The notes under the pieces: model-generated
Told to the model about the DNA's origin: nothing
Databases searched by the model: none
What the model saw: only the letters and a program-made list of their open reading frames with translations
NCBI GenBank assembly: GCA_964543295.1
Contig: CAZIXA010000008.1
Span: 4,764-68,763, forward strand
Length of the DNA: 64,000 nucleotides
Direction: 5' to 3'
From: an uncultured Clostridia bacterium
GTDB lineage: Bacteria > Aerophobota > Aerophobia > Aerophobales > AE-B3A
Made by a program: the position numbers and the translations under genes
Shown: piece by piece, positions 38,321-49,448 of the stretch
How the letters are laid out: every line of letters begins with the position of its first letter
Position numbering within the stretch: position 1 is the first letter of the stretch

Positions 38321-39583
38321 GTGAATATACAAAGCAGAGCATTTAAAAATTTCGTTTCTCTTCTTGTTGGTCAAGTAATAAGTCGTATATTTACTTTTTT
38401 TGTTGTTATTTATTTGGCTCGTGTTTTAGGAGCAGCAAATTTTGGAAAGATTGGTTTTGCACAGACAATTCTCGCATATTTTGGGGTAATTGCCAACTTA
38501 GGTACAATGACTATAGGCACGCGAGAAATAGCACAAAATAGAGAAAGGATAAATGAGTATGTTAATACCATAACCTCACTACGTTTAATGCTAGCAACAT
38601 TATCTTTCTTGTCTCTCCTTATATTTGTTGCTTTAATTCCAAAGCCCACCGAGATCAGACACTTAATTATTCTTTATGGACTCTCTTTATTTCCATTTTC
38701 CTTACTTCTTGAATGGTTATTTCAAGGTATTGAGACTATGGAATTTATCTCGCTTTCTCGGATTTTAAGTCAGTTTTTCTATTTTGCTTTGGTTTTTCTA
38801 TTAGTAAAAAATGCTGGTCAATTACAAGTGGTTCCAGTTTCATGGCTAATAGGAAATTTGATAGCCTGCGGATTTCTTCTTTATATCTTTAACAAGCGAT
38901 CCAATAAGATAAAATTAGAAATTGATTTCCTCTTCTGGAAGAAATTTTTAAAACATGCCATTCCAATAGGTATATCACTAATTCTGGTGCAAATTTATCA
39001 TGGTTTTGACATAATTATGTTAGGATTCTTGAAAGGAGATAAGGCTGTAGGAGTATATAATGCTCCTTGGAAGTTATTTTCCTTAGCTATGCAAGGTGGA
39101 GGTCTAGTTACAGTGGTGGCTTTTCCTATGCTTTCAAGTTATTATCGAGGTAATCAAGACGATTTTAGAAATGTTTGGAACAGATATAGAAATATTTCTT
39201 TTTTTTTTGGGGCAATGGGATTAATAGTAGGAACATTTTTTGCTGAACCAATCATTTTGTTTTTATATGGAAGAGAATATATTGGAAGTATTTGGCCTTT
39301 TAGAATATTATCATGGGCTTTTGCTGTATTGTGTATAAATGGCCCGTACGGTCAACCTTTACTGGTAGCAAAATATGAAAAGACAATTTTGCTTATAACA
39401 TTAATTACTGCTATAACAAATGTTTTGGCGAATATAGTTATGGTACCCCATTGGGGGGCAGTTGGAGCAGCTATAGCATATTTTATAACGCAAGTTATGG
39501 CAACTAGTTGGGTTATATTTTATTTTTATAGAAAGGCTATACTGCCCAAAGAACTTAGTTATACAAAAAATAGGGGATTTTAG
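38321..39583 (+). CDS. wzx: Wzx-like polysaccharide flippase (MOP superfamily)
   Basis: 420 aa, ~12 TM. Confidence 0.6.
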   Translation: MNIQSRAFKNFVSLLVGQVISRIFTFFVVIYLARVLGAANFGKIGFAQTILAYFGVIANLGTMTIGTREIAQNRERINEYVNTITSLRLMLATLSFLSLLIFVALIPKPTEIRHLIILYGLSLFPFSLLLEWLFQGIETMEFISLSRILSQFFYFALVFLLVKNAGQLQVVPVSWLIGNLIACGFLLYIFNKRSNKIKLEIDFLFWKKFLKHAIPIGISLILVQIYHGFDIIMLGFLKGDKAVGVYNAPWKLFSLAMQGGGLVTVVAFPMLSSYYRGNQDDFRNVWNRYRNISFFFGAMGLIVGTFFAEPIILFLYGREYIGSIWPFRILSWAFAVLCINGPYGQPLLVAKYEKTILLITLITAITNVLANIVMVPHWGAVGAAIAYFITQVMATSWVIFYFYRKAILPKELSYTKNRGF

Positions 39584-40611
39584 TGTTTAGTTGCTATAAA
39601 TCATTAATATCAACTGATGCTATTTGTTCCATTTGTAATAAGATAAGCCGCAGGCATCTAGTGGATCAAAGAGGTGAATATAAAATATATAAGTGTAGCC
39701 AATGTAAAGGAGTATATAGTGTTCCCATGAAGGCACTAAGTCCTGAGGAATATGAAAAGTGCTATACTAAAGGGGATGAGGTTCTCAATAACTACAGGAG
39801 ACTTATTTCGCTTTCTCCCGAGCTAGCAATTAATAGAGCTAGAAATTATAAAACTTGTCAGTTATTGATGAATTTTCTAAAAGAAATTTCCCAAGATAAT
39901 ATACCTAAAACATTATTAGATATTGGATGTGGAACGGGGATATTTCTTTATTTAGCTAAGGAAATGGAGTTTGAAGTATATGGGATAGACCAAGCAAAAG
40001 AAGCAGTTCATTATGCTAAAGAACGATTGGGCTTAACAAACGTTATACTAGGAGGTGTTGGTAGTATTTTGTCTCAATGGAGAAGCAAATTTGATGTTAT
40101 AACATGTATACAAATTCTAGAACATGTGGAAAATCCTCGAAAGTTCATTTCTGATATTTCCGAACTTCTTGCACCTGGTGGTGCTTTAATAATAGCTGTA
40201 CCTAATTATAATAGATTAAAGTTGACGAAACAAATGTGGGATTGTCCGCCACACCACTTGACTAGATGGAGTGCAAACAATCTGGAACTTTTTCTCCGCA
40301 ATCAGGGTTTTGATAAAGTGGTTATAAAAACTACTGCCGTTGATCCTGAATTTCTCTGGTCTGTTTTAATACCCTTTTCATTCCCGAAACGTTGCCGAGA
40401 ATTTATCAAAGAAAAAGAATACGGGATACATAAGCAAATTGCAGATTTATCGGACTCCACTTCGGAAAGAATCCCTGCACTATTAATCAAGTTTCTTGTC
40501 AATCTACCTCGCAATGCTTGTAAGAGAATTATATATATAATTTCCATTTTATTTAAGCCATTCTTTAAAAAACGAGGATTTGATATTGTAGCCTGTGCCC
40601 AGAAAGACTAA
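39583..40611 (+). CDS. zinc-ribbon + class I SAM-dependent methyltransferase
   Basis: CSICNK..CSQCKG; LLDIGCGTGIF motif I. Confidence 0.6.
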   Translation: MFSCYKSLISTDAICSICNKISRRHLVDQRGEYKIYKCSQCKGVYSVPMKALSPEEYEKCYTKGDEVLNNYRRLISLSPELAINRARNYKTCQLLMNFLKEISQDNIPKTLLDIGCGTGIFLYLAKEMEFEVYGIDQAKEAVHYAKERLGLTNVILGGVGSILSQWRSKFDVITCIQILEHVENPRKFISDISELLAPGGALIIAVPNYNRLKLTKQMWDCPPHHLTRWSANNLELFLRNQGFDKVVIKTTAVDPEFLWSVLIPFSFPKRCREFIKEKEYGIHKQIADLSDSTSERIPALLIKFLVNLPRNACKRIIYIISILFKPFFKKRGFDIVACAQKD

Positions 40612-40620
40612 CTAAAATAC

Positions 40621-42024
40621 GTGAATTATCAAATGAAAATACTTCATATGGGTTATGGTTCTCCCTCTTTTTATGGAGGGGGAGTAATGAATTATACAAT
40701 GTCTTTAATGGAAGAACAAATGAAGTTTGGGCATAGAGTATTCTATTTTTGTGTTGGAAGATACAATTTTCTTTGTCCAATTTCATATATTAAGCGCTGG
40801 CATCTCGGACATATAGAGATATTTGAATTAGTAAATCCCTCTCGATTAGTAAATAAATATGGACTACCTTTAGAAGAATGTGCGAATCTTCCTGTTGAGA
40901 AAGCCTTTCTGAAAGTGCTAAGAAAGGCTGAACCAGACATTATTCATATTCAAGAGTTATCACCGTTTTGTGGTTCTATTATTGATATAGCAAGAAATGA
41001 GGAAGTACCATTAACTTATAGCTTACATAATTATTGGCCTATTTGTCCTCAAGTGGAGTTATTAGACGAGAATGGGGATATTTGTACTAATTTCAAAGAA
41101 GGACGTAAGTGCGTTGAATGTAGAGTGCGTATTCCTACGAGTCCAACAAGGATAATGGCACGTGCGTATATTAAGGGTACAAGATTTTATCTACCAGCCA
41201 AAAGAGTATTTCAAATTTTTGCCCGTATGAAAAAATTAGCCAAAAGCGAAAAACCTTTATTGCCATCATTAAAATATAATTTTTCATTGGCTCCTTATTT
41301 CTACTATAGAAGATATTTTTTTGTAGATAGACTCAACAAGTTAGATTCAATTATTGCAAATTCACAAAGAGTGAAGGAGATTTATGTATCTATGGGGGTA
41401 GAAAAGGAAAAGATTCATGTTTTATATCCAATAAACAGAGTGGTAGATTCCATTAAGCCTAAAACATTTCGAGGGAACCAATATCCAATAGTATTTGGGT
41501 TCGTAGGAGGAGCTAGTTTTCATAAAGGTATCAATATTTTGATAAATGCGTTTAGACAAATAGGCCAAAACAGGTCCAAACTTATTATTTATGGTGTATC
41601 GAAGGAATCACCGCGATTACCTTATTTGCTAGAAATTTCTCGAGGTTTAAACATAGAATTTCGTAATAGCTTTAAAGAAAATGAGAGACAACAGGTGTTG
41701 GAGGAAATAGATGTTGGGGTCATACCTTCTGTGTGGGAAGAAACACTTGGTATAGTAGGCATTGAATTCTTAAAAGCAAGAATTCCAGTAATTGGGAGTA
41801 GAATTGGGGGCATTCCGGAATACATTGATGAGGGGAAAACAGGTTACTTATTTGAGCCTAGAAATAGTAGAAAATTAGCGGAGAAGATGAAATTGTTTAT
41901 AGATGATCCTAATCTTATATTGGTAATGCAACATCATATTAAACCGCTGGGAACATTTTCTCAACATATAAAAGAAGTCTTGGATGTCTACTCCGAAATT
42001 GTCAATTCTTCCTGCAAGAGATAA
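40621..42024 (+). CDS. glycosyltransferase family 4
   Basis: 467 aa; C-terminal EETLGIVGIEFLKARIPVIGSRIGGIPE (E-x7-E). Confidence 0.6.
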   Translation: MNYQMKILHMGYGSPSFYGGGVMNYTMSLMEEQMKFGHRVFYFCVGRYNFLCPISYIKRWHLGHIEIFELVNPSRLVNKYGLPLEECANLPVEKAFLKVLRKAEPDIIHIQELSPFCGSIIDIARNEEVPLTYSLHNYWPICPQVELLDENGDICTNFKEGRKCVECRVRIPTSPTRIMARAYIKGTRFYLPAKRVFQIFARMKKLAKSEKPLLPSLKYNFSLAPYFYYRRYFFVDRLNKLDSIIANSQRVKEIYVSMGVEKEKIHVLYPINRVVDSIKPKTFRGNQYPIVFGFVGGASFHKGINILINAFRQIGQNRSKLIIYGVSKESPRLPYLLEISRGLNIEFRNSFKENERQQVLEEIDVGVIPSVWEETLGIVGIEFLKARIPVIGSRIGGIPEYIDEGKTGYLFEPRNSRKLAEKMKLFIDDPNLILVMQHHIKPLGTFSQHIKEVLDVYSEIVNSSCKR

Positions 42025-42027
42025 AAA

Positions 42028-43113
42028 ATGCGAAAAAACTTATTACAAATACTTGTTTGTCCAGAATGTAGAAATAATCAATGGAAGTCAAAGATAACTA
42101 AATATGACAAACATGAGGTTATCAATGGTGAGCTTCAGTGTACTCACTGCAAACTAGTATATTCCATTTTAGAGGGTATACCACTGATGGTCACTGAGCA
42201 TCAATTTGTACAATCAGATGTTTACTTTAATAAAACCGAAGACCTAAAGAAACATTTTGAGGTTAGAGATGCCAACCTTAAATACCATAATGAGGCAGCA
42301 GATCTATATGAAAAAGATATTTCTGCTGGTCAGTTTAGCCAATTTAACCAGTCAAGAATCGAAAATATTATTAAGGATATCAGCCGAGGGACATCAACTG
42401 ATTTCTTTCTCGATTTAGCCTGCGGAACAGGCAACGTCCTGAAATTTGGGAAAAAGTATTTCCATACCGCAGTCGGCGTTGATATTTCAGTAAATATGCT
42501 AAGAATTGCTAAATCTCGTAAACTGGAAGTAATTCAGGCTGATGCAGTGAGGTTACCCTTTGCGTCAAACACTTTTGGAGCCATCTCCTGCTTTTCTGTA
42601 CTTCATCATGTTTATGATCAATTTCCAATTTTTAAGGAAATCCATAGAGTCTTGAAAAAAGGAGGAATTCTATACACAGATTGGGATCCTTTGAAGAGAG
42701 AATCGTTGGAGAAAATAGGATTAAGGTATCAGTTATATTTTCTTTTGAGATATTTTTATAGAAAGATGAAATTATTATATCGGCAAATCTATCCTAGAAA
42801 ATTATTTTCTGAAGCTCCAATGGACACTTGTAATTTCCGCGAAATTTGTCCTCAGACAAAGGAAATATATAAATTAGCTGAATATCATCATCCTAGCAAT
42901 GGTCTCGGCAAAGATGGTATAGATTTTGAGGTTATGAGGAATTATTTATTGGGATTTGGATTTACAGATATAAGAGATTTCTATCATTGGAATGGCAAAA
43001 AATTCTTTGATCTGCCTATATATTGGAGGGTTAGGGTTCGCGTCTTACAACTTTTTGGTTATTACCCAATACCATTTGCTGAAAATATAATGATTTTAGC
43101 TAAAAAGGAATAA
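42028..43113 (+). CDS. Trm112-like zinc ribbon + SAM-dependent methyltransferase
   Basis: LVCPECRN..CTHCKLVYSILEGIPLM; FLDLACGTGNVL. Confidence 0.6.
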   Translation: MRKNLLQILVCPECRNNQWKSKITKYDKHEVINGELQCTHCKLVYSILEGIPLMVTEHQFVQSDVYFNKTEDLKKHFEVRDANLKYHNEAADLYEKDISAGQFSQFNQSRIENIIKDISRGTSTDFFLDLACGTGNVLKFGKKYFHTAVGVDISVNMLRIAKSRKLEVIQADAVRLPFASNTFGAISCFSVLHHVYDQFPIFKEIHRVLKKGGILYTDWDPLKRESLEKIGLRYQLYFLLRYFYRKMKLLYRQIYPRKLFSEAPMDTCNFREICPQTKEIYKLAEYHHPSNGLGKDGIDFEVMRNYLLGFGFTDIRDFYHWNGKKFFDLPIYWRVRVRVLQLFGYYPIPFAENIMILAKKE

Positions 43114-43119
43114 GCCGGG

Positions 43120-44139
43120 ATGAATAGTGCAGACGTAGCGAAAGAAGACCACCTTGTTACTATCATTATCCCCAACTGGAATGGAAAGCATTTCCTCCGG
43201 ACCTGTTTAAATTCAATATTCGAGCAGATTTACAAAAACTTTGAAGTGAGTGTAGTGGATTGTGCCAGTAGCGACGGAAGCACTGATTTTGTTAAAGAGA
43301 AATACCCTCAGGTAAGACTCATAGAATTAAAAGAGGATAAAGGCCCTCCTCGTGCTATAAATTTAGCTGCTCAGGAGGCAAAAGGAGATTATGTTTTGAT
43401 ATTGAATAATGATGTAATCCTGCCATCCGTTCTTCTAGGAAAGATGGTTTGTGAGTTAGAAAAGGACGAGAATTGTGTAATTAACCCAGTGCAATTAGAT
43501 TGGGATGGAAATTATGTAAGTTCAGGTCTAGAGTCAGCAACATTGGGATTATCAAAAATTTTCAAGGTAAGAGGAGAAAGTCCGTTTTTTTCAAATACAG
43601 CGTGTTGTATGACTTCTAGAAGAGTTTTGCTTGAGAATCCACTTAATGTAAATTTCTTTTTATATGAAGATACTGAATGGGGTTGGCGTCTGCATTTAAG
43701 AGGGATTAAATTGAAAGTTTTATTTGGTTCGTTTTTCCTCCATAAATATGCGGGGAGCATAGGCAATGCTTCACCAAAACAAGCTTTTTTCGTAGGTCAA
43801 AGCTTTATTGCAACTAACTTTATTTGCTTCAGATCGATATCCCTCATTATTTTGTTGCCACTATTATTAATAAGTTTTATTAGAAGCGGTTTAAGTTGGC
43901 ATAAAAGAGGTTCTAAGCTCTTGAAATTGTATTTTCTCGGCAGTCTTAATTTCTTTAAGAAATTAGATTTATTTGTTAAGGACAGAAGAAAAGTTCAGAG
44001 AAATAGGCTGATTAGTGACTTGGAAATTCTAAAAATTATAATCGGAAGTAAGAGTTTTGAAAGAGAAGCTAAGGAGCAATGGCTCTCAAATCATAGGAAA
44101 TTAACAACATCTGAAGATGCTTTTTTTCTTCAACAGTAA
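43120..44139 (+). CDS. glycosyltransferase family 2
   Basis: VTIIIPNWNG, DCASSDGS, LNND motifs. Confidence 0.65.
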   Translation: MNSADVAKEDHLVTIIIPNWNGKHFLRTCLNSIFEQIYKNFEVSVVDCASSDGSTDFVKEKYPQVRLIELKEDKGPPRAINLAAQEAKGDYVLILNNDVILPSVLLGKMVCELEKDENCVINPVQLDWDGNYVSSGLESATLGLSKIFKVRGESPFFSNTACCMTSRRVLLENPLNVNFFLYEDTEWGWRLHLRGIKLKVLFGSFFLHKYAGSIGNASPKQAFFVGQSFIATNFICFRSISLIILLPLLLISFIRSGLSWHKRGSKLLKLYFLGSLNFFKKLDLFVKDRRKVQRNRLISDLEILKIIIGSKSFEREAKEQWLSNHRKLTTSEDAFFLQQ

Positions 44140-44242
44140 AATTTACCTAACCAGTTTCATACCCTACAGGGAAAATGATGGTAAATATAAGCATTCGCAG
44201 AAGAGAATTATATAGCTTTTTGAATATTCTACGTAGCCAATA

Positions 44243-44602
44243 TTGAGTATTTTAGGTTTAAGAACGCTGTTAAGGTATGCGATACTTTTCTGTCTTGTAG
44301 TAACTCTGAACGGAGCTGATATTGGAATACTTCTAAGAGAGAAAAATATAATCAACGTTGCAGTATGTCTAACAAAATTTGTTGAATATGTCACTTGTGG
44401 TCTTTACGTTATATTGACAGAGAAAATAGGAGATGTATCTGGAATAGCCGGGAAAGAAAAAATCGATGAAGTTGTAAAAAGTTCATTAGAGGAAAGCGAG
44501 ATGAAGTCAGTAGTGAATAAAATCTTGGCAAAGAGGGTGGAAATTCAGAAAAAAGGAAATAAAGAAAGAATCGCACAGTTTGTACAAGCTAAATATAGTT
44601 GA
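44243..44602 (+). CDS. hypothetical small protein
   Basis: 119-aa ORF. Confidence 0.25.
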   Translation: MSILGLRTLLRYAILFCLVVTLNGADIGILLREKNIINVAVCLTKFVEYVTCGLYVILTEKIGDVSGIAGKEKIDEVVKSSLEESEMKSVVNKILAKRVEIQKKGNKERIAQFVQAKYS

Positions 44603-44668
44603 AAAAACTTAATGGCTACATTTCGGAAAAACTTATGAATATTTATTTAAGAAAACCGGTTTAGAATA

Positions 44669-45742
44669 ATGAAAATACTTATGCTTGTGAATTGGAGAAT
44701 TCACTATTTATCTAAAGATAGGGAAGACATTCAACCACCAGACAAATTTGTAGAAGGCCATAAATACTGGTTTTTTAGACATTGGCAAAGTAGCAATGTT
44801 CAGGTAGATGTTATAGATTGTATAAAGTTACCATTCTTTTATTACATCGAGAAGGAAAAGCTAAAGTTCTATATATTCCAGTCTATTAAAGGATTAATAA
44901 GATCTAAGAAGTACGATCTTATAATTTCTCATGGAGCTCAGAGTGCGGTTTTCTTGGCTTTTATGCGGAGTTTCATTAACAAAAAAGACCCTCCTCATAT
45001 TGTAATAGATGTTGGTTGTTTTAACGGGGGAAGAGATGGCAAGATCGAAATTTCTCTCATTAAATTTGTGGCAAGATCCTTAGCTGGAGTAGTATATCAT
45101 GCTTCCATTCAAAGGGAATATTACAGAACACATTTACCCTTTTTGTTAAAAAGGAGTCGATTTATTCCTTGTGGGGTTGATACCGAATTTTTTCAGCCCC
45201 TGGATATTGAAAAAGATGATTGTGTAGTTTCTATAGGATATGCGAAAAGAGACTACCATACTCTTTTAAAGGCGTGGAGGAAACTCTCTTCCGTAGGCAC
45301 AAAATTGAAAATTATCGGCATCAATAACTCTCAAGAGTTAGATGTGACAGATTTTTCTTCTGATGTAGAACTATTCGGTATGGTTCCTATAAATAAACTG
45401 AAGGATATAATCGCAAAATCAAGATTTGTTGTTCTCCCACTACCATATTATAAACATGCCTATGGACAGATGACTTTGCTTCAGTGTATGAGTATGGGAA
45501 AAGTGGTAATTGTTACAAAAACACCCAGTACAGTAGATTACATTGCAGATGGTAAAAATGCATTATTTGTGCAGCCATACGATGTGGATGATATGAGGAG
45601 AAAGATAGAATTTTTGTTAGCTAATTCTTTGCTCGCCATAACGTTAGGAAAAGAAGCAAGGAAAGCTGTGGTGCGAAGGTTTAATGAGAAAATTATGGCT
45701 CAAAATATTTATAACTTCATCTGTGAAGTAATCAGATGCTAA
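44669..45742 (+). CDS. glycosyltransferase (GT4-like)
   Basis: 357 aa; position/size in locus; GT-B-like C-terminus. Confidence 0.5.
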   Translation: MKILMLVNWRIHYLSKDREDIQPPDKFVEGHKYWFFRHWQSSNVQVDVIDCIKLPFFYYIEKEKLKFYIFQSIKGLIRSKKYDLIISHGAQSAVFLAFMRSFINKKDPPHIVIDVGCFNGGRDGKIEISLIKFVARSLAGVVYHASIQREYYRTHLPFLLKRSRFIPCGVDTEFFQPLDIEKDDCVVSIGYAKRDYHTLLKAWRKLSSVGTKLKIIGINNSQELDVTDFSSDVELFGMVPINKLKDIIAKSRFVVLPLPYYKHAYGQMTLLQCMSMGKVVIVTKTPSTVDYIADGKNALFVQPYDVDDMRRKIEFLLANSLLAITLGKEARKAVVRRFNEKIMAQNIYNFICEVIRC

Positions 45743-46728
45743 AGCAAGAATATACGAATTGTAATCTCTGCAGTAAGGATGACAATATTTTGTGTTTTCA
45801 AGTAGAAGAGAAGATTACTGGGGCAAGAGAGAAATTTAGAGTTGTAAAGTGTAGAAATTGCGGATCGGCATATGTTAATCCGAGGCCATCGAAAACTATT
45901 ATGTCAAGGTATTATCCTAAAGAGGATTATTATGCTTATCGTCCCTATGAGACCGAAAAAAAATCGTTTAAACAAAGGATTAAGGAAATAATAATGGAAC
46001 ATATTGGTAATTATCCGAATAAAAACGAGGAAAAGTTTTGGGTAAGATGGATAGGAAAGTTTATAGCCCAAACGTGGAAAAATAGTGTAAGTGTAGTTGT
46101 TCCTTATAAAAAGGGAGGAAGGGTCTTGGATTTAGGATGTGGAGCAGGAAACCTGTTGGATTGGTTAAAGAGACACGGCTGGCAAGCATACGGAGTAGAA
46201 ATCTCTAAGCAAGCAGTAGAATACGGAAAAAAACACGGATCAAATATATTTAATGGGGAACTAGTTGAGGCTAAATTTCCTCAAGAATTTTTCGATGCTG
46301 TTGTGATTAACCAAGTACTCGAGCATCTTTATGATCCCAAAGGGATCTTATGGGAAGTCTATCGTGTATTAAGGCCGGGTGGGCTACTGATTGTAGGAGT
46401 TCCTAATATTGAATCTTATGAAAGTAAAGTTTTTGGAGAGTATTGGAGTCCATTAGATATTCCTAGGCATCTCTACCACTTTTCTTACGAGACTTTAAAA
46501 ACTATGCTTCAAAACGCGGGCTTTATCGTCGGAAAAATGGTAGGGAAAACTTTTTTCATTCCTTATTCTAATAGAGCAAGCTTAAACTCTTTAAAACAAG
46601 GAAGGGACAAATGGAAGTTGCTTGTGTGTTTCCTTAAAGTCTATTTCTGGAAGTATATTCAATATATTTTTTCTAACCGAAAAGACCTCTTTGGGGAATT
46701 TATCACGTTTTATGCGAGGAAAAGATAA
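45736..46728 (+). CDS. zinc-ribbon + class I SAM-dependent methyltransferase
   Basis: CNLCSK..CRNCGS; VLDLGCGAGNLL. Confidence 0.6.
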   Translation: MLKQEYTNCNLCSKDDNILCFQVEEKITGAREKFRVVKCRNCGSAYVNPRPSKTIMSRYYPKEDYYAYRPYETEKKSFKQRIKEIIMEHIGNYPNKNEEKFWVRWIGKFIAQTWKNSVSVVVPYKKGGRVLDLGCGAGNLLDWLKRHGWQAYGVEISKQAVEYGKKHGSNIFNGELVEAKFPQEFFDAVVINQVLEHLYDPKGILWEVYRVLRPGGLLIVGVPNIESYESKVFGEYWSPLDIPRHLYHFSYETLKTMLQNAGFIVGKMVGKTFFIPYSNRASLNSLKQGRDKWKLLVCFLKVYFWKYIQYIFSNRKDLFGEFITFYARKR

Positions 46729-46759
46729 AACAAGAGATATTGCATAAGAGTAATAGAGA

Positions 46760-48157
46760 ATGGTTGACAACATTATTCTAATTTTGTTTCTTTCCACGCT
46801 CGGTATTTCCTTTGCGGCTATTATTCTTACGCACTGGGATTGGATGCCAGTAATGCTGCTGCCAATTCTGTGGTATATGCCGCGACAAACAGCTTCAGGC
46901 GGTCTATTAGAAAATTATCTAATTCTAAGGTGGACAACCGTTTTTATTATACCTTTAATTATCTTTATCCAATTTATTAAAGTGACTGAAAAGTCGCAAT
47001 CTCTGAAACTAAGTAATATTGCATTACCTTTAGGAATATTTATAGTTTTTTCTGTTTGTTCAGCAATTTTCAATAATGTTACACCTTTTGAGCTCTTAGG
47101 AAGTTTAATTCTATATATCAGATATCCATTGCTCTTTATTGCTTTTATTAACATGGACATTCCAAAGAACGTTGTGAAAGTTTTTTCTCGGCTCTTTTTA
47201 TTTCTTGTCGCAATACAAATTCCTGAATGTATTTATCGCTATGCAGTATTAGGCGTTAAATGGGATCATATTTCATGGACAATGGGACCATGGGGTACTT
47301 TAGACCTCGGGGTTTACATGATTTATGCAGTTGCCTTGGTTATCGCATTTAGTCTTACAAAAGGACTCAAATGGAGCCATTTTGCACTTTTCGCTCTTTT
47401 CTTTATGATAGCTTTGCTCGGTGAGATCAAAGCGTTCATTTTTTCGGCTCCAGTTGTTTCTGTATTTACTGTTTATGCTGTGTTACAACAAAAACAAGTA
47501 CCAAATCAAAAACAAGGATCAAAGCGTCTACTTGCAGTATTATTACCAGTGTTTTTTTTAATTTTGTTCTATTGTTGTACCTCTGGTATCTGGGAAAAAA
47601 TCCACTATGGTAGCAGCAATACTCTTACATCCTCCCTGCAAAATCTTCTAGCGATTCTTAAGCATCCGTTATCGTTTGTACAGAGCGATGAAATGGCCTA
47701 TTCTATGCCTAGAATTAGTGGCGGTGTATTTATTTGGAACTACTTGAGAAAAGACTGGCATATGTTAATGTTTGGTTTAGGTTCAGGTAGTGCACTTGCT
47801 GGTACTTTTTTGGGAAGGCCCGGAAAACTATTTGAAATGTTAGACAGTTCTCCCCTGTATTTAAATCAAATAGGGGCAATTTTAGCAGAAGTGGGCATAA
47901 TAGGATTATCTCTTTATTTCTGGATGTTAATAAGGCTATTACGCACGATACTGAGAGCGAACATCTCAATTGAAGATACTAATCTACGCATCCTTTGTGC
48001 AAGTTTAGTTGGTATGTGGGTTTTCTATGCCGTTCTCGGTCCTTTCTATGATTTAGTTTGGCGACACGATGCTCCCAACTACATTTTCTACTTTTTTGCC
48101 GCAGTTATATATAATTATTTGCAAAATAAACATACATTTTTAAGTCATCCAAAATAA
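46760..48157 (+). CDS. Wzy-like O-antigen/oligosaccharide polymerase (polytopic membrane protein)
   Basis: 465 aa, >10 TM, large loop; locus context. Confidence 0.45.
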   Translation: MVDNIILILFLSTLGISFAAIILTHWDWMPVMLLPILWYMPRQTASGGLLENYLILRWTTVFIIPLIIFIQFIKVTEKSQSLKLSNIALPLGIFIVFSVCSAIFNNVTPFELLGSLILYIRYPLLFIAFINMDIPKNVVKVFSRLFLFLVAIQIPECIYRYAVLGVKWDHISWTMGPWGTLDLGVYMIYAVALVIAFSLTKGLKWSHFALFALFFMIALLGEIKAFIFSAPVVSVFTVYAVLQQKQVPNQKQGSKRLLAVLLPVFFLILFYCCTSGIWEKIHYGSSNTLTSSLQNLLAILKHPLSFVQSDEMAYSMPRISGGVFIWNYLRKDWHMLMFGLGSGSALAGTFLGRPGKLFEMLDSSPLYLNQIGAILAEVGIIGLSLYFWMLIRLLRTILRANISIEDTNLRILCASLVGMWVFYAVLGPFYDLVWRHDAPNYIFYFFAAVIYNYLQNKHTFLSHPK

Positions 48158-48206
48158 GTCTGGATAGTGAGTTGGAATTTGTGCCAGATTTCATAGAATC
48201 TATACA

Positions 48207-49448
48207 ATGATAGTGAATATTCTCCTGGTTAACAAATTTTTTTATCTTAGAGGTGGTAGTGAGAGAGTATTTCTTGAGGAAGCAGATTTACTGAAAAGGA
48301 ATAGGCATCAGGTAGCTTTCTTTTCTATGTTTGATAAAAGAAATTTATCTTGTCCTCAAAGTAAGTACTTTATTGACCATATAGACTATGAAACACCTGT
48401 AAAAAATATTAAACCTAAAATCTTACAGAGTCTGAAAATGCTTTATTCTTTTGAAGCAAAGGAGAAAATAGAGGAACTACTAAATGATTATCAAATAGAT
48501 ATTGCTCATCTGCATAATATCCATCACCAAATATCTCCATCAATTTTAGATGTGTTTGTAAAATATAAGGTGCCAACTGTAATGACGTTACACGATTATA
48601 AATTAGTTTGTCCTTCATACTCTATGCTTACGGACGGAAAACCTTGCGAGAAGTGCAAGAATGGAAAGTATTTTTGGTGCTTTCTTAAAAAGTGCACCAA
48701 GGATTCTTATGCGAAAAGTTTACTTAACGTAGTAGAAATGTACCTGCATCATAAAATTCTTCACATTTACGACAAAATAGATGTTTTTATCTCTCCAAGC
48801 ATATTTTTGAAGAAAAAACTAAAAGAAGTGGGATTTAAAAAAGAGATAGTTCATTTGCCTAATTTTATTAATGCAAAAGATTATTTGCCAAAGTACAGCT
48901 TCAATGAGAAGATAATTTGCTATTTTGGAAGACTTTCGGAAGAAAAAGGGCTTTTTACACTGCTTGAAGCGGTGAAAGGAATAGATATAAAATTAAAAAT
49001 TGTTGGTGATGGGCCAATAAAAGAAAATTTAAAGTTTAAAGTGAAAAGTGAAAAATTAGATAATGTTGACTTTTTAGGATATAAATCAGGGAGAGAATTG
49101 GAAAATGAAATCAAACGCTCTATGACGGTAGTTCTTCCTTCTGAATGTTATGAAAATAATCCCAGGATAGTTTTAGAAGCGTTTGTATTAGGTAAACCAG
49201 TGATTGGTTCAAAAATTGGCGGTATTCCAGAATTGGTGCAGGATGGGAAGACGGGCTTAACTTTTGAGCCAAGAAACATAAGTGATTTAAGAAATAAGAT
49301 TGAGTATTTGGTGAACAGTCCCGATAAAATAAGTAAAATGGGAAAAAATGCAAGAAAATTTGTTGAAAAAAATTTTAACCCAGAAAAACATTATCAAGAA
49401 TTAATGAGAATTTATCAAATGGCGATGGAGAAATACAGATGGAGTTAA
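48207..49448 (+). CDS. glycosyltransferase family 4
   Basis: ECYENNPRIVLEAFVLGKPVIGSKIGGIPE. Confidence 0.7.
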   Translation: MIVNILLVNKFFYLRGGSERVFLEEADLLKRNRHQVAFFSMFDKRNLSCPQSKYFIDHIDYETPVKNIKPKILQSLKMLYSFEAKEKIEELLNDYQIDIAHLHNIHHQISPSILDVFVKYKVPTVMTLHDYKLVCPSYSMLTDGKPCEKCKNGKYFWCFLKKCTKDSYAKSLLNVVEMYLHHKILHIYDKIDVFISPSIFLKKKLKEVGFKKEIVHLPNFINAKDYLPKYSFNEKIICYFGRLSEEKGLFTLLEAVKGIDIKLKIVGDGPIKENLKFKVKSEKLDNVDFLGYKSGRELENEIKRSMTVVLPSECYENNPRIVLEAFVLGKPVIGSKIGGIPELVQDGKTGLTFEPRNISDLRNKIEYLVNSPDKISKMGKNARKFVEKNFNPEKHYQELMRIYQMAMEKYRWS